Positions 24,515 to 33,290 of a DNA stretch of 64,000 nt are shown here, one piece after another; position 1 is the first letter of the stretch; the number at the start of each line of letters is the position of its first letter. This stretch comes from Synergistales bacterium (GTDB lineage Bacteria > Synergistota > Synergistia > Synergistales > Aminithiophilaceae). Location of the stretch: positions 2,793 through 66,792 of the forward strand of contig JAHDQY010000014.1 of the NCBI GenBank assembly GCA_018433595.1, written 5' to 3'. The notes under the pieces are model-generated. The model was not told the origin of the DNA. It was given only the letters and a program-made list of their open reading frames with translations, and did no database searches. A program made the translations under genes and the position numbers.

Positions 24515-25468
24515 CTACTGGATGGCGCCGACCTCTTTATAGTAGCGCTCGGCTCCGGGATGGAGGGGGATGAGGATGTACTTGACGTTTTCTTCGACCA
24601 TGGAGGCCATCTTGGAATTGACGGCGATCAGATCGTCGCGCTTGTCGAAGAGGGCCTTCGTCATCTTGTAGACGAGCTCCTCGTCGATCTCCTCACGGAT
24701 GGTGACGATGTTCCAGCTGGCGTAGGTCTTGACGTCCTTGTCCTGACCGTGGTAGGTGCCGGCGGGGATGGTGAAGGGAACCCAGTAGGGCGTCTCGGCC
24801 ATGACGGCCGCCACGAGCTCGTCGGGAACGTCGATGAATTCGACGAGGCCCAGCGTCGTGGGCTCGACGACGCCTGCCATGCCGAGGGCGCCGACCATGA
24901 CGGCGGCGTCGATTCGCTTGTCGCCGAAGGCGCTGCCCGTGTCGCCGACGCCGAGGTTCTCGGCCTGGATGTCCTTGTCGGGGTCGATGCCGGCCAGGCG
25001 GAGGAACTGGCGGGCCGTGACCTCCGTGCCGGAGGCGACGGCGCCGATGGAGACGCGCTTGCCCTTCATGTCGGCGACGGACTTGATGCCGCTTCCCTTG
25101 GCGACCATGAGCTGAATGGGCTCAGGGTAGAGGGGGACGAGGGCGCGGATGTACTTCTGAGCCTTGCCTTCGTACTGTCCCTGACCGGTATAGGCGAAGT
25201 AGTAGAGGCCGTCCATGAAGCCCATTTCGGCTTCCTTGTCGCCCATGAGCTGGATGTTGTTGACGGTGCCGCCCGTCGACTGGGCGCTCGCCTGGATGCC
25301 TTCGATGGTATCGTTCCAGATCTTGGCCATGCCGGCCCCGACGGGATAGTAGGTTCCCCCGGTGCTTCCCGTGGCGATGTTGAGGAACGTGGCAGCCGAA
25401 GCCGCCGTGGCAAAAACGGTTACGAGACAGAGAATTCCCAGCAGGTAAAGCCCGCTTTTTCGTGACAC
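24515..25468 (-). CDS. TAXI-family TRAP transporter solute-binding protein
   Basis: 'NIATGSTGGTYYPVGAGMAKIWN' signature. The likely start is the GTG at 25468, 6 nt after GGAGGG. The track ORF start at 25558 overlaps the promoter. Confidence 0.85.
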   Translation of the reverse strand: MSRKSGLYLLGILCLVTVFATAASAATFLNIATGSTGGTYYPVGAGMAKIWNDTIEGIQASAQSTGGTVNNIQLMGDKEAEMGFMDGLYYFAYTGQGQYEGKAQKYIRALVPLYPEPIQLMVAKGSGIKSVADMKGKRVSIGAVASGTEVTARQFLRLAGIDPDKDIQAENLGVGDTGSAFGDKRIDAAVMVGALGMAGVVEPTTLGLVEFIDVPDELVAAVMAETPYWVPFTIPAGTYHGQDKDVKTYASWNIVTIREEIDEELVYKMTKALFDKRDDLIAVNSKMASMVEENVKYILIPLHPGAERYYKEVGAIQ

Positions 25469-25520
25469 TCGAATCCCTCCTTCGTAATTGTTCATATCAT
25501 CCATCGTTGGACATTTTAAG

Positions 25521-25548
25521 AATATAGTACCGAACGTCAAACTGTCAA
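25521..25548 (-). promoter_or_regulatory. sigma70-like promoter TTGACA-16-TATATT for the TAXI-TRAP operon
   Basis: The minus strand has the -35 at 25543-25548 and the -10 at 25521-25526. Confidence 0.5.
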
Positions 25549-25661
25549 CGCGGTCCATTTGAGAAAAAAGAAACGGGAAAACGGATACAGCGCGTACTTT
25601 ATCCGTTTCAGGTATGCGATTGAATCGTTTTATTTAAAAGCAGGCTCTTAAGTTATTAAAT

Positions 25662-26762
25662 CTAGAGATTTTCCTTCCTGTTTTTAAAGAAATCATCAAA
25701 AATATCGTCGACCGTCCGAATTCTGTCGCAACGGGCGACATTGTCTCCGCAGAAGTAGAGTCCCCGTTCCCAGTCGCCCTTAAAGGCGTCGATGAGAGCC
25801 TGGGCGATGCAGAAGGACTGACGGTCCTTTCTGTAGGAGCAATGGGCGAGGCAGTTGGCGATGCAGGGGCTGCTTTTGACGTCGCCTTCGAGGTAGCGGG
25901 CGATGAAGGGCGTTTTGAGAGCCCGGCCGGGAATGCCGACGGGGCTTTTGATGATCACCACATCCTCCGCCTTCGCATCGATATAGGCCTGCTTGAAGCG
26001 GGGGCTGGCGTCGCACTCCTCGGTGCAGGCGAAGATCGTCCCCAGCTGGACTCCCCTGGCACCGAGAGCGAACTGAGCCTCCATGTCCTCGCGGGTCCAG
26101 ATTCCTCCGGCGGAGATGACGGGGATCGTTTCCTCCCATCCCTCCTGGCTCAGGTAGGCGACGATCTCGGGGACAATGGCCTCCAGGGAAAAGGCGGGGT
26201 CGGTCACCTGTTCGGCTCGGGTGACGCCCAGATGTCCTCCGGCATGAAGAGGCGTCTCGACGACGATGCCGTCGGGACGCCGATCGTAGCTTTTCTGCCA
26301 TCTTCGGATGATGAGCTGTGCCGCCTTGAGAGAGCTGACGATGGGAACGAGGGCGACGTCGGGGAAGTCCTGGGTCAGCTCGGGAAGTCTCAGGGGAAGG
26401 CCCGCTCCCGAGATGATCACGTCGGCCCCTCCCTCGCAGGCGGCCCGGACGTGATCGTCATAGTCGGTGAGAGCGGCCATGCAGTTGACGGCGATGACTC
26501 CTTCCGGGGCCGTCGCCCTCGCCTCGGCCAGCGCCTCCTTCAGGGCCAGCACGTTGGCTTCGAAGTAATTTCGCCCGTTGTAGTGAGGCGAATCGCAGGC
26601 CAGGCCGACGCTGGCGATGGTTCCCACCCCTCCGGCCCTGGCCACCGCACCAGCCAGTCGAGGACCGGAAATCTTGACTCCCATGCCGCCCTGAATCAGA
26701 GGGTAGCGAGGGGTGTGTTTGCCGAGGCGAAGATGGGGCAACCGGGTGGTTTCTCTACTCAC
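25662..26762 (-). CDS. NAD(P)H-dependent flavin oxidoreductase, nitronate monooxygenase (NMO/FabK-like) family
   Basis: 366 aa. 'YPLIQGGMGVKISGPRLAGAVARAGGVGTIAS' and 'VISAGGIWTREDM' are NMO TIM-barrel motifs. Confidence 0.75.
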   Translation of the reverse strand: MSRETTRLPHLRLGKHTPRYPLIQGGMGVKISGPRLAGAVARAGGVGTIASVGLACDSPHYNGRNYFEANVLALKEALAEARATAPEGVIAVNCMAALTDYDDHVRAACEGGADVIISGAGLPLRLPELTQDFPDVALVPIVSSLKAAQLIIRRWQKSYDRRPDGIVVETPLHAGGHLGVTRAEQVTDPAFSLEAIVPEIVAYLSQEGWEETIPVISAGGIWTREDMEAQFALGARGVQLGTIFACTEECDASPRFKQAYIDAKAEDVVIIKSPVGIPGRALKTPFIARYLEGDVKSSPCIANCLAHCSYRKDRQSFCIAQALIDAFKGDWERGLYFCGDNVARCDRIRTVDDIFDDFFKNRKENL

Positions 26763-26777
26763 GACATCAACACTCCT

Positions 26778-27308
26778 TCATTCTTTCGTTGAACGGTCGA
26801 TTCCGTCTCCAGGTGAGGTTCCCCCGAAGCGCCGTCCGTAGACGGCCAGGAGCCGGGCAAGGGCGGACGATATCGTCTCGTCCCGGACGAAGGGGGCGAT
26901 CCTCCGTTTTGCCGCCGCCAGCTCCTCCCTCGTGAACTGAAAAGCATTTTGAAAGCGGGGAGGCGGTTTTTTGCGCTTTTTCAGGACCGGCCCCACGATG
27001 ATGCGAAGCCCCTTGACGGGCAATCCCCATCCTTCCTTGATTTTCCGCGCCATGCCTCCCGACTGGATTCTGAAGCGCTGAGCCAGTGCCGGCGATTCGA
27101 CGATAACGACGAGAAGGTCGCCCTCGACGCGTAGAGGGCGACTTTTCGCTGCAAAGGGTCCGGCGACGCTTTCCCATTTGAGAGTCAGGTCGGCCAGGGA
27201 AAGGCCCTGTTTCACCGGAGCCGAAAGAGCTCCTTCAAGAAGGGCTCCAAGGGGGAGGGCGCCGGTCTCAGGTCTTCCTCGTCTCACCGCTGCGCCTCCT
27301 CGCTTCAA
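26778..27308 (-). CDS. dciA: DUF721 / DciA-family protein (putative replicative helicase operator)
   Basis: 176 aa. 'LADLTLKWESVAGPFAAKSRPLRVEGDLLVVIVESPALAQRFR' fits the DUF721 core, and the gene lies in the dnaA-dnaN-recF neighbourhood. The annotated start overlaps mnmG by 41 nt, so the true start is uncertain. Confidence 0.6.
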   Translation of the reverse strand: MKRGGAAVRRGRPETGALPLGALLEGALSAPVKQGLSLADLTLKWESVAGPFAAKSRPLRVEGDLLVVIVESPALAQRFRIQSGGMARKIKEGWGLPVKGLRIIVGPVLKKRKKPPPRFQNAFQFTREELAAAKRRIAPFVRDETISSALARLLAVYGRRFGGTSPGDGIDRSTKE

Positions 27309-29151
27309 GGGTGACCCAGATGAGCTGAATATCGGCGGGAGTCACGCCGGAAACGCGACCCGCCTGGCCCAGGGTAAGGGGACGGATTGCGGTCAGCTTC
27401 TGAAGGCTTTCCGAAGAGAGACCCCTTACCAGAGCATAGTCGAAATCGGCGGGCAACGGTACCCTCTCCATCTTCTCCATGCGGGTCACCTGACGTTCCT
27501 GCCGGGCGATGTAGCCTTCATAGCGGATCTCCGTCTGAAGGCAGGCCAGAAGATCCCTATCCGGCGGCTCTCCCAGATCGAGAAGGGACCAGACCGCCTC
27601 CAGGTCGATTTCAGGCCTCCGGACAAGTTCCAGCACGGAGATCTTCTCCGATAGGGGGGAGGAACCCAAGGACGCTAACCGCTCCAGGAGAGCCGCACCG
27701 GGGCGGACGAAGGTCGATCGAAGGAGATCCTTCAGGCTGTCCGACTCCTTCCACCGTCCCTGAAGGGCCTTCCAGCGCTCATCGTCGAGGAGACCCAACC
27801 GACGGCCGATAGGGGCCAACCGATGGTCGGCATTGTCATGGCGAAGGAGGAGGCGATGCTCGCAACGGCTGGTGAGCATCCGATAAGGCTCGGATGTCCC
27901 CTTGGTGACGAGATCGTCGACGAGAACGGCCATGTAGGCCTCATGGCGTCCGAGCTGCAGCGGCTCATCGCCTCTCACGGCGAGGGCGGCGTTGATTCCG
28001 GCGAGAAGTCCCTGGGCGGCCGCCTCCTCGTAGCCCGAAGTGCCGTTGATCTGGCCGGCACAGAAAAGCCCCCGCACCCTTTTCGTCTCAAGCCAGGGCA
28101 AAAGCTGCGTCGGCGGCAGGTAGTCGTACTCGATGGCGTATCCGGGCCGGACGATGCGGGCTCGGGAACAGCCAGGCAGCGAATGGACCATTTCGACCTG
28201 GGCATCGTAGGGAAGGCTGGTCGAAAAATTCTGCATGTAGATCTCCCTGTTCCTCCGGCCGACGGGTTCGAGGAAAACGGGATGGGACTCCCTGTCGGGA
28301 AAGCGCTGAACCCGATCCTCGATGGAGGGGCAGTAGCGGGGGCCCTTCCCTTCCATATCGCCCGTGAGGAAAGGAGAACGGTCCATGGCGTCGCGGATGA
28401 CCCGGTGGGTCGCCTCTCCCGTTCGGGTGAGGAAACAGGCGAAACCGCGATAAGCCCGCTTTTCGCCCCAGTGGCTGAAGGCAAGGGGTTCATCGGCGCT
28501 TTCCTGACGATCCAGTTCGGACCAGTCGACGCTGTCCGCATGAAGCCTCGGTGTCGTATCCGTCCTGAGACGTCCCGTCTCAAAGCCGAGCCTCCGGAGC
28601 GATTCCGTCAGACCCAGGGCGGCCACCTGACCGAGAGGCCCCGAGGAGAAGTTGACCCTCCCGATGAAGACTTTCCCCCCCAGGTAGGTTCCTGTCGCGA
28701 GGATGACCGTCCTCCCCCGGTAGACGCTCCCGAGGCGCGTGACCACGCCCGCGATGCGCCCCTCGTCGACGAGGAGCTCCGTGACCAGATCCTGATGGAG
28801 ATGGAGGTTCTCCTGTTCCTGAACCCGCTCCAGATAGTAGCGATGATAATCGTCGAGGTCACATTGAGCCCGGAGGGTCCGGACGGCCGGTCCCTTGGAG
28901 GTGTTGAGCCACCGGATATGGAGAGTCGACCCGTCCGTCGCCCGGGCCTGTTCGCCGCCCAGGGCGTCGATCTCCCGGACCAGGTGCCCCTTGGCCGGAC
29001 CTCCGATGGAGGGATTGCAGGCCATCAAGGCCAGATTATCGACGTAAAGGTTCAGGAGAAGGGTCGAAGCCCCCATCCTGGAGGCGGCAAGGGCCGCCTC
29101 ACAGCCGCCGTGTCCCCCTCCGACGACGATGACATCGTAAATTCCCTGCAT
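27268..29151 (-). CDS. mnmG: tRNA uridine 5-carboxymethylaminomethyl modification enzyme
   Basis: 627 aa from the ATG at 29151. 'YDVIVVGGGHGGCEAALAASRMG' FAD motif and full-length GidA similarity. The Arg/Pro-rich 96-codon extension in the track ORF is rejected. Confidence 0.9.
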   Translation of the reverse strand: MQGIYDVIVVGGGHGGCEAALAASRMGASTLLLNLYVDNLALMACNPSIGGPAKGHLVREIDALGGEQARATDGSTLHIRWLNTSKGPAVRTLRAQCDLDDYHRYYLERVQEQENLHLHQDLVTELLVDEGRIAGVVTRLGSVYRGRTVILATGTYLGGKVFIGRVNFSSGPLGQVAALGLTESLRRLGFETGRLRTDTTPRLHADSVDWSELDRQESADEPLAFSHWGEKRAYRGFACFLTRTGEATHRVIRDAMDRSPFLTGDMEGKGPRYCPSIEDRVQRFPDRESHPVFLEPVGRRNREIYMQNFSTSLPYDAQVEMVHSLPGCSRARIVRPGYAIEYDYLPPTQLLPWLETKRVRGLFCAGQINGTSGYEEAAAQGLLAGINAALAVRGDEPLQLGRHEAYMAVLVDDLVTKGTSEPYRMLTSRCEHRLLLRHDNADHRLAPIGRRLGLLDDERWKALQGRWKESDSLKDLLRSTFVRPGAALLERLASLGSSPLSEKISVLELVRRPEIDLEAVWSLLDLGEPPDRDLLACLQTEIRYEGYIARQERQVTRMEKMERVPLPADFDYALVRGLSSESLQKLTAIRPLTLGQAGRVSGVTPADIQLIWVTLEARRRSGETRKT

Positions 29152-30212
29152 CAACGTTCGGTGACCTCCCCCTGACGAACCATCCAGACCACCCCCGGCC
29201 ACTCGTAGGCCGCACCTCCCGCCGTGGCGGCGAAAACCTGCCACGAAGACGCCTGGAGGACGGCGAAAGTCCTGTTGCGCCCGGCCTCGTCGAGCTCCGC
29301 CGTCACCTCGTCGAGGAGGAGGATGGGCCTGCGTCGAAGGCGCCGCTCGACGGCCCATCCGGCGCCGAGCATGAGGGCGACGGCGGCGCGGCGACGATGG
29401 CCGCGGCTGAACCGGGCTGAAGCCTCTCTTTCCTCGCACCGGAGAAGAAGATCGTCACGCTGGGGACCGACGAAGACCCTCCCGGAAACCCGCTCCCTGT
29501 CGGCGGTCTGTCGGAAGGCCTCGAAAAGGTCCTGCTCCGGTTCATCCAATCCCCGGCTCCCTCCCCGCTGAAACTCGACGTCAAGAGCCCCGGGAAGAAG
29601 ATCCCCCGTATGAGCCAGGCCGAGGCGAAGCAGGTCGACGGCACTCCTTCGGGCCGACCAGATCCAACCCCCGAGGGGCACGAGAACCTTCGTCGTCAGA
29701 GAGCAGTCCCGATGCTGGCGCAGGAGGCAGATTCTCTGGCGCAGAGCCCGTCGATATTCATAAAGCCTAAGAGCGTAAAGAGGAAAAAGAAGGGCGCAAA
29801 GGCGGTCGAGAAAAAGCCGCCTCACCGACGGAGACCCTTCGACGAGGGCCAGATCGCCGGGTTGAAAGGCCAGCAGCGGGAGCCTCGCCCGGATTTCCGA
29901 GGCTTTCGTCATCTTGCCGTCGAGGCGGAGAGAGGACCTCCCCCGAATCAAGGCCTCGACTCGGAGACTTTCCTCGCCTCCGAAGGAGCCCTCGATCCGA
30001 GCCGTCGCCCCGGAAACGGACCAGGAAGGAAGGTCCGCGACGGACCGGCCTCCCTGAAAAGGCCCCCATCCTCCCAGCAGGTGAAGGGCCTCAAGGATGT
30101 TGGTCTTGCCCGATCCGTTAGGGCCGATCAGCAGGTTCAGCCCCGAAGACCACTCCGTTTTCCGGGGCCCGAGATTGCGGAAATGAACCCAAGCAACAGA
30201 AAGACAGTGCAT
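29151..30212 (-). CDS. recF: DNA replication and repair protein RecF
   Basis: 353 aa. 'LNLLIGPNGSGKTNILEALHLL' Walker A and 'ILLLDEVTAELD' Walker B/signature region. Confidence 0.9.
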   Translation of the reverse strand: MHCLSVAWVHFRNLGPRKTEWSSGLNLLIGPNGSGKTNILEALHLLGGWGPFQGGRSVADLPSWSVSGATARIEGSFGGEESLRVEALIRGRSSLRLDGKMTKASEIRARLPLLAFQPGDLALVEGSPSVRRLFLDRLCALLFPLYALRLYEYRRALRQRICLLRQHRDCSLTTKVLVPLGGWIWSARRSAVDLLRLGLAHTGDLLPGALDVEFQRGGSRGLDEPEQDLFEAFRQTADRERVSGRVFVGPQRDDLLLRCEEREASARFSRGHRRRAAVALMLGAGWAVERRLRRRPILLLDEVTAELDEAGRNRTFAVLQASSWQVFAATAGGAAYEWPGVVWMVRQGEVTER

Positions 30213-31354
30213 CAGACCTCGTCGTCGTCGCTTTCCTCTTCCGAAAGGGTGATGGGCATCAGCACGTAGAGAAAGCTCTCCTCTCCAGGCCGCGACATCC
30301 TCATCTGACCGTGAGAGCCGTTAAAGGAGAGTTCGACGACCTCATCCCTGAGCGCCCTGATTCCGTCCAGAAGGTAGGAGATGTTGAAAGCCACCCGGAG
30401 AGGTTCCCCGTCGATATCGGCAGCCAGCTCTTCCCGGGCCTCTCCGATGTCGGGGGCCTGTCCCCGGATCCTCAGGGAGCCTCCCGGCGTCAGCTGGAGG
30501 ATGACTGATTTCGTGAAATCCCGAACGACCACATTGGCCCTCTCCAGGGCCTCCTCCAGAGAGCTGCGCCCCACCATCATCCAGCTCGTGCGCTCGGGCA
30601 ACAGAATCTTCTCATAGGGGGGAAAGCTGGAATCGACGCGGCGAATGGAGAACTCGACTCCCTGGACCTGGAAATAGGCCTGGCTGTCGTCTTCGAGAAT
30701 CCGGACCGGAGCCTCACTCTCGACGGCGGACAGAAGACGATGAAGCTCCCGAAGGCCGTTCAGGGGGAGAAGAAGCTGCCCCTCGCCGGAAGCGTCGGAA
30801 AGGGGAGTCTGAGAGAGGGAGAGGCGCCGCCCGTCCGTCGCCACGGTTTTGAGTTTTCCCTCCTGGATCTGCAGCAGGGCCGCACTGAGATATTGGGGAA
30901 ACTCCTCGTTGGGCGAACCGGCGAAGGTCCCCTCCTCGAAAAGTCGGCTCAACGCCTGGACCGTCGTATCGCAGAAAAGACGGGCACTCTCGGAACGGGG
31001 GAGAAGGGGAAACTCCTCGACGGGAAGAACCGTCAGCGTGTAGCGGCTTCGTCCGGCTGTCAGGGTGGCCCGTCCCTTGGTGACTTCGAGGGAAAAACGG
31101 TCACCGGGAGCCTTTTTGAAAAGTTCTCCCATCGCCTTCGTCGGCAGGATGGTTTCCCCGGGTTCCTGGACCTCCGCCCCCTCGGCGCGGCACTTGAGGG
31201 AGGTCTTCAGATCCGTCGCTTCCAGGTGAAGTCCGGTTTCATCGGCCAGACAGCGAATTCCGGCCAGGATGCTGACGGTACTTTTGCTTCCCGTCGTCCG
31301 TTCCGCCATTTGCCAACTCTTGAGGAAACTGTTCTTTTCGATGAGTAACTTCAA
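30212..31354 (-). CDS. dnaN: DNA polymerase III beta sliding clamp
   Basis: 380 aa with three-domain clamp length. The N-terminus 'MKLLIEKNSFLKSWQMAERT' and 'LRVAFNISYLLDGIRAL' are typical DnaN segments. Confidence 0.9.
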   Translation of the reverse strand: MKLLIEKNSFLKSWQMAERTTGSKSTVSILAGIRCLADETGLHLEATDLKTSLKCRAEGAEVQEPGETILPTKAMGELFKKAPGDRFSLEVTKGRATLTAGRSRYTLTVLPVEEFPLLPRSESARLFCDTTVQALSRLFEEGTFAGSPNEEFPQYLSAALLQIQEGKLKTVATDGRRLSLSQTPLSDASGEGQLLLPLNGLRELHRLLSAVESEAPVRILEDDSQAYFQVQGVEFSIRRVDSSFPPYEKILLPERTSWMMVGRSSLEEALERANVVVRDFTKSVILQLTPGGSLRIRGQAPDIGEAREELAADIDGEPLRVAFNISYLLDGIRALRDEVVELSFNGSHGQMRMSRPGEESFLYVLMPITLSEEESDDDEV

Positions 31355-31640
31355 GGAGAGCTCCCCTCCCTACGGTTATTCCTGTTCCTTATGATATAAG
31401 AACAGTAGTCGTTGTACTAGGCATGGTGCATAGTGTGGATAACTGCCTTCAAGTCACTTCTCCTCGCGGTTTGTCCTGTGGATGAAGGAGTGGATGGTCC
31501 GGTGTATAGAGAGGTGGTTTATCCACAGTTTCCACAATTTTTTTGTGGAAACCTTTTAAAATCATCTTATCCACGAACAATTCACAGGCCCTTCCACCCT
31601 TCATTCACGGCTTATTCCGGATGTTATCCACAATAGACCG
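31355..31640. other. oriC part 1: DnaA-box cluster and AT-rich element in the dnaA-dnaN spacer
   Basis: Perfect TTATCCACA boxes lie at 31434-31442 (reverse), 31519-31527 and 31624-31632, with a 1-mismatch box at 31567-31575. The AT-rich palindrome GTTTCCACAA-ttttt-TTGTGGAAAC lies at 31528-31552, followed by CTTTTAAAATCATC. Confidence 0.8.
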
Positions 31641-32927
31641 TATCCGGGCGTCGTTGTCGACGACTTCGGCGATCTTGCGGCAGGCGTGAAGAACGGTCGT
31701 GTGATCCTTCTTGTGAAAGGCGTATCCGATCTGCTGAAGGCTCGTATCGGTAAGCTCCCGGCAGAGATACATGGCGACCTGACGGGCCAGAGCGAAATCG
31801 GCCGTCCGCTTCGTGCTCGTCAGATCCTTCACATCGAGGTTGAAGGCTTCGGCCACCTGCTCCTGGATGCTTTCGATCGTGACGGGGCCCCGCTGATCGT
31901 GGCGGATCAGATCCTTCAGCCATTCGGCGGCGCGTTCGACGGTGACGGACTCGGAATTCAGTTCCGAGCAGGCGACGACACGGTTGAGGGCCCCCTCGAG
32001 CTCGCGGATGTTGCTGGGAATGTTCTGGGCGAGAAAATAGATGATCTCCTCCTCCAGGCGATATCCCCTGAGTTCGGCCTTTTTCTGGAGAATGGCGATG
32101 CGCGTCTCCAGATCGGGCGGCTGGATATCGGTGACCAGTCCCCACTCGAAACGGCTGACGAGCCGGTCTTCGACCATCTTGATCTCTTTGGGGGGCCTGT
32201 CGGAGCTGATGACGATCTGTTTTTTCGCGTCGTGAAGGCTGTTGAAGGTGTGAAAGAACTCTTCCTGAGTGCTTTCCTTGTTGGCCAGAAACTGAATGTC
32301 GTCGATGAGAAGGACGTCGACATTCCGGTATTTCGACTTGAATTCCTGCATTCGCTTGTTCTGAATGGAAGAAATGAGCTCGTTCGTGAATTTTTCCGAA
32401 CTCAGGTAGACGATGCGTGCCCCAGGCCCCTTTTCCAGAACGTAGTGGCCGATGGCGTGCATCAGATGTGTTTTGCCCAGGCCGACGCCCCCCCAGATGA
32501 AAAGAGGGTTGTAGGCGACGCCGGGCGATTCGGCCGAGGCGAGGCTGGCAGCATGGGCGAGACGATTCGATTTGCCTACGACGAAGTTGCCGAAGACGTA
32601 GGCGGGGTTCAGGCCGGAGCGCGGTGCCTGAGGCGGCTGGGCCGCCTTTTCGGCGCGGTCCTGCTCGCCGGACCGGACCTCGGTGCCGACGCGGAGTTCG
32701 ACGCAGGAGGCGATCTCCGATTTTTCGACCATTTTCTGCAGAGGAACCAGAAAACGGGTCTGTATCTGCTCCTTGACGAAGACGTTGGGAACGTCAAGCA
32801 GGAGCGTGCCCTCCTGAAGCGAGACAGGCATGCAGGTCTTGAGCCAGATGTCTCCGGCACCGGGAGGCAGTTCGTCCCGGGCCTGAAGCAGTATCTGTTC
32901 CCAGATCAGGTCGAGATCCTTATCCAC
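31605..32927 (-). CDS. dnaA: chromosomal replication initiator protein DnaA
   Basis: 440 aa. 'LFIWGGVGLGKTHLMHAIG' Walker A, 'VDVLLIDDIQFL', and C-terminal DNA-binding 'HTTVLHACRKI'. The start codon is GTG (32927-32925). Confidence 0.95.
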   Translation of the reverse strand: MDKDLDLIWEQILLQARDELPPGAGDIWLKTCMPVSLQEGTLLLDVPNVFVKEQIQTRFLVPLQKMVEKSEIASCVELRVGTEVRSGEQDRAEKAAQPPQAPRSGLNPAYVFGNFVVGKSNRLAHAASLASAESPGVAYNPLFIWGGVGLGKTHLMHAIGHYVLEKGPGARIVYLSSEKFTNELISSIQNKRMQEFKSKYRNVDVLLIDDIQFLANKESTQEEFFHTFNSLHDAKKQIVISSDRPPKEIKMVEDRLVSRFEWGLVTDIQPPDLETRIAILQKKAELRGYRLEEEIIYFLAQNIPSNIRELEGALNRVVACSELNSESVTVERAAEWLKDLIRHDQRGPVTIESIQEQVAEAFNLDVKDLTSTKRTADFALARQVAMYLCRELTDTSLQQIGYAFHKKDHTTVLHACRKIAEVVDNDARIRSIVDNIRNKP

Positions 32928-33290
32928 AGGCGTTCACCTCTAGAGGGCGTCTGAAAGGTTATCCACAGCTTCCTGCCATCATACCACAGCTTATTCCACA
33001 ACAGTTATCCACCTATCCACAACTTTTCCCCACGTCTTGTGGATAAACGAAGCCCCTGTCCATGGGGTTTGCCCCTTTTTCACGATCTCATGAAAGTTCT
33101 CACCAACCGTGACGGGCCTGTAAGGGGCCCCTCAGGGGAGGATCGGGAAGGTTATCCACATGCGTTGTGGATATGTGGATAACAATTCATGGAATCGGCC
33201 TCATCGGAAAGCCTTTTGTCGGGTAGAATTGGGGATAAGGCTCTCACAGGGGGGATCCCCTCAGCAGAGGAGGCGTCATTGTGGATAGAA
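32920..33290. other. oriC part 2 / dnaA promoter region: DnaA-box cluster upstream of dnaA
   Basis: Perfect boxes lie at 32920-32928 (overlapping the dnaA GTG), 32959-32967, 33038-33046 (reverse), 33152-33160 and 33174-33182 (reverse). 1-mismatch boxes lie at 33005-33013, 33013-33021, 33166-33174 and 33280-33288. Confidence 0.8.

Noticed and set aside
27823-29175. 450-aa plus-strand ORF and the Arg/Pro-rich 96-codon N-terminal extension of the mnmG track ORF (29152-29439)
   Set aside because: The plus ORF is antisense to mnmG. The extension overlaps recF coding sequence, lacks an RBS and precedes the canonical MnmG N-terminus (MQGIYDVIVVGGGHGG), which starts at an ATG overlapping the recF stop.
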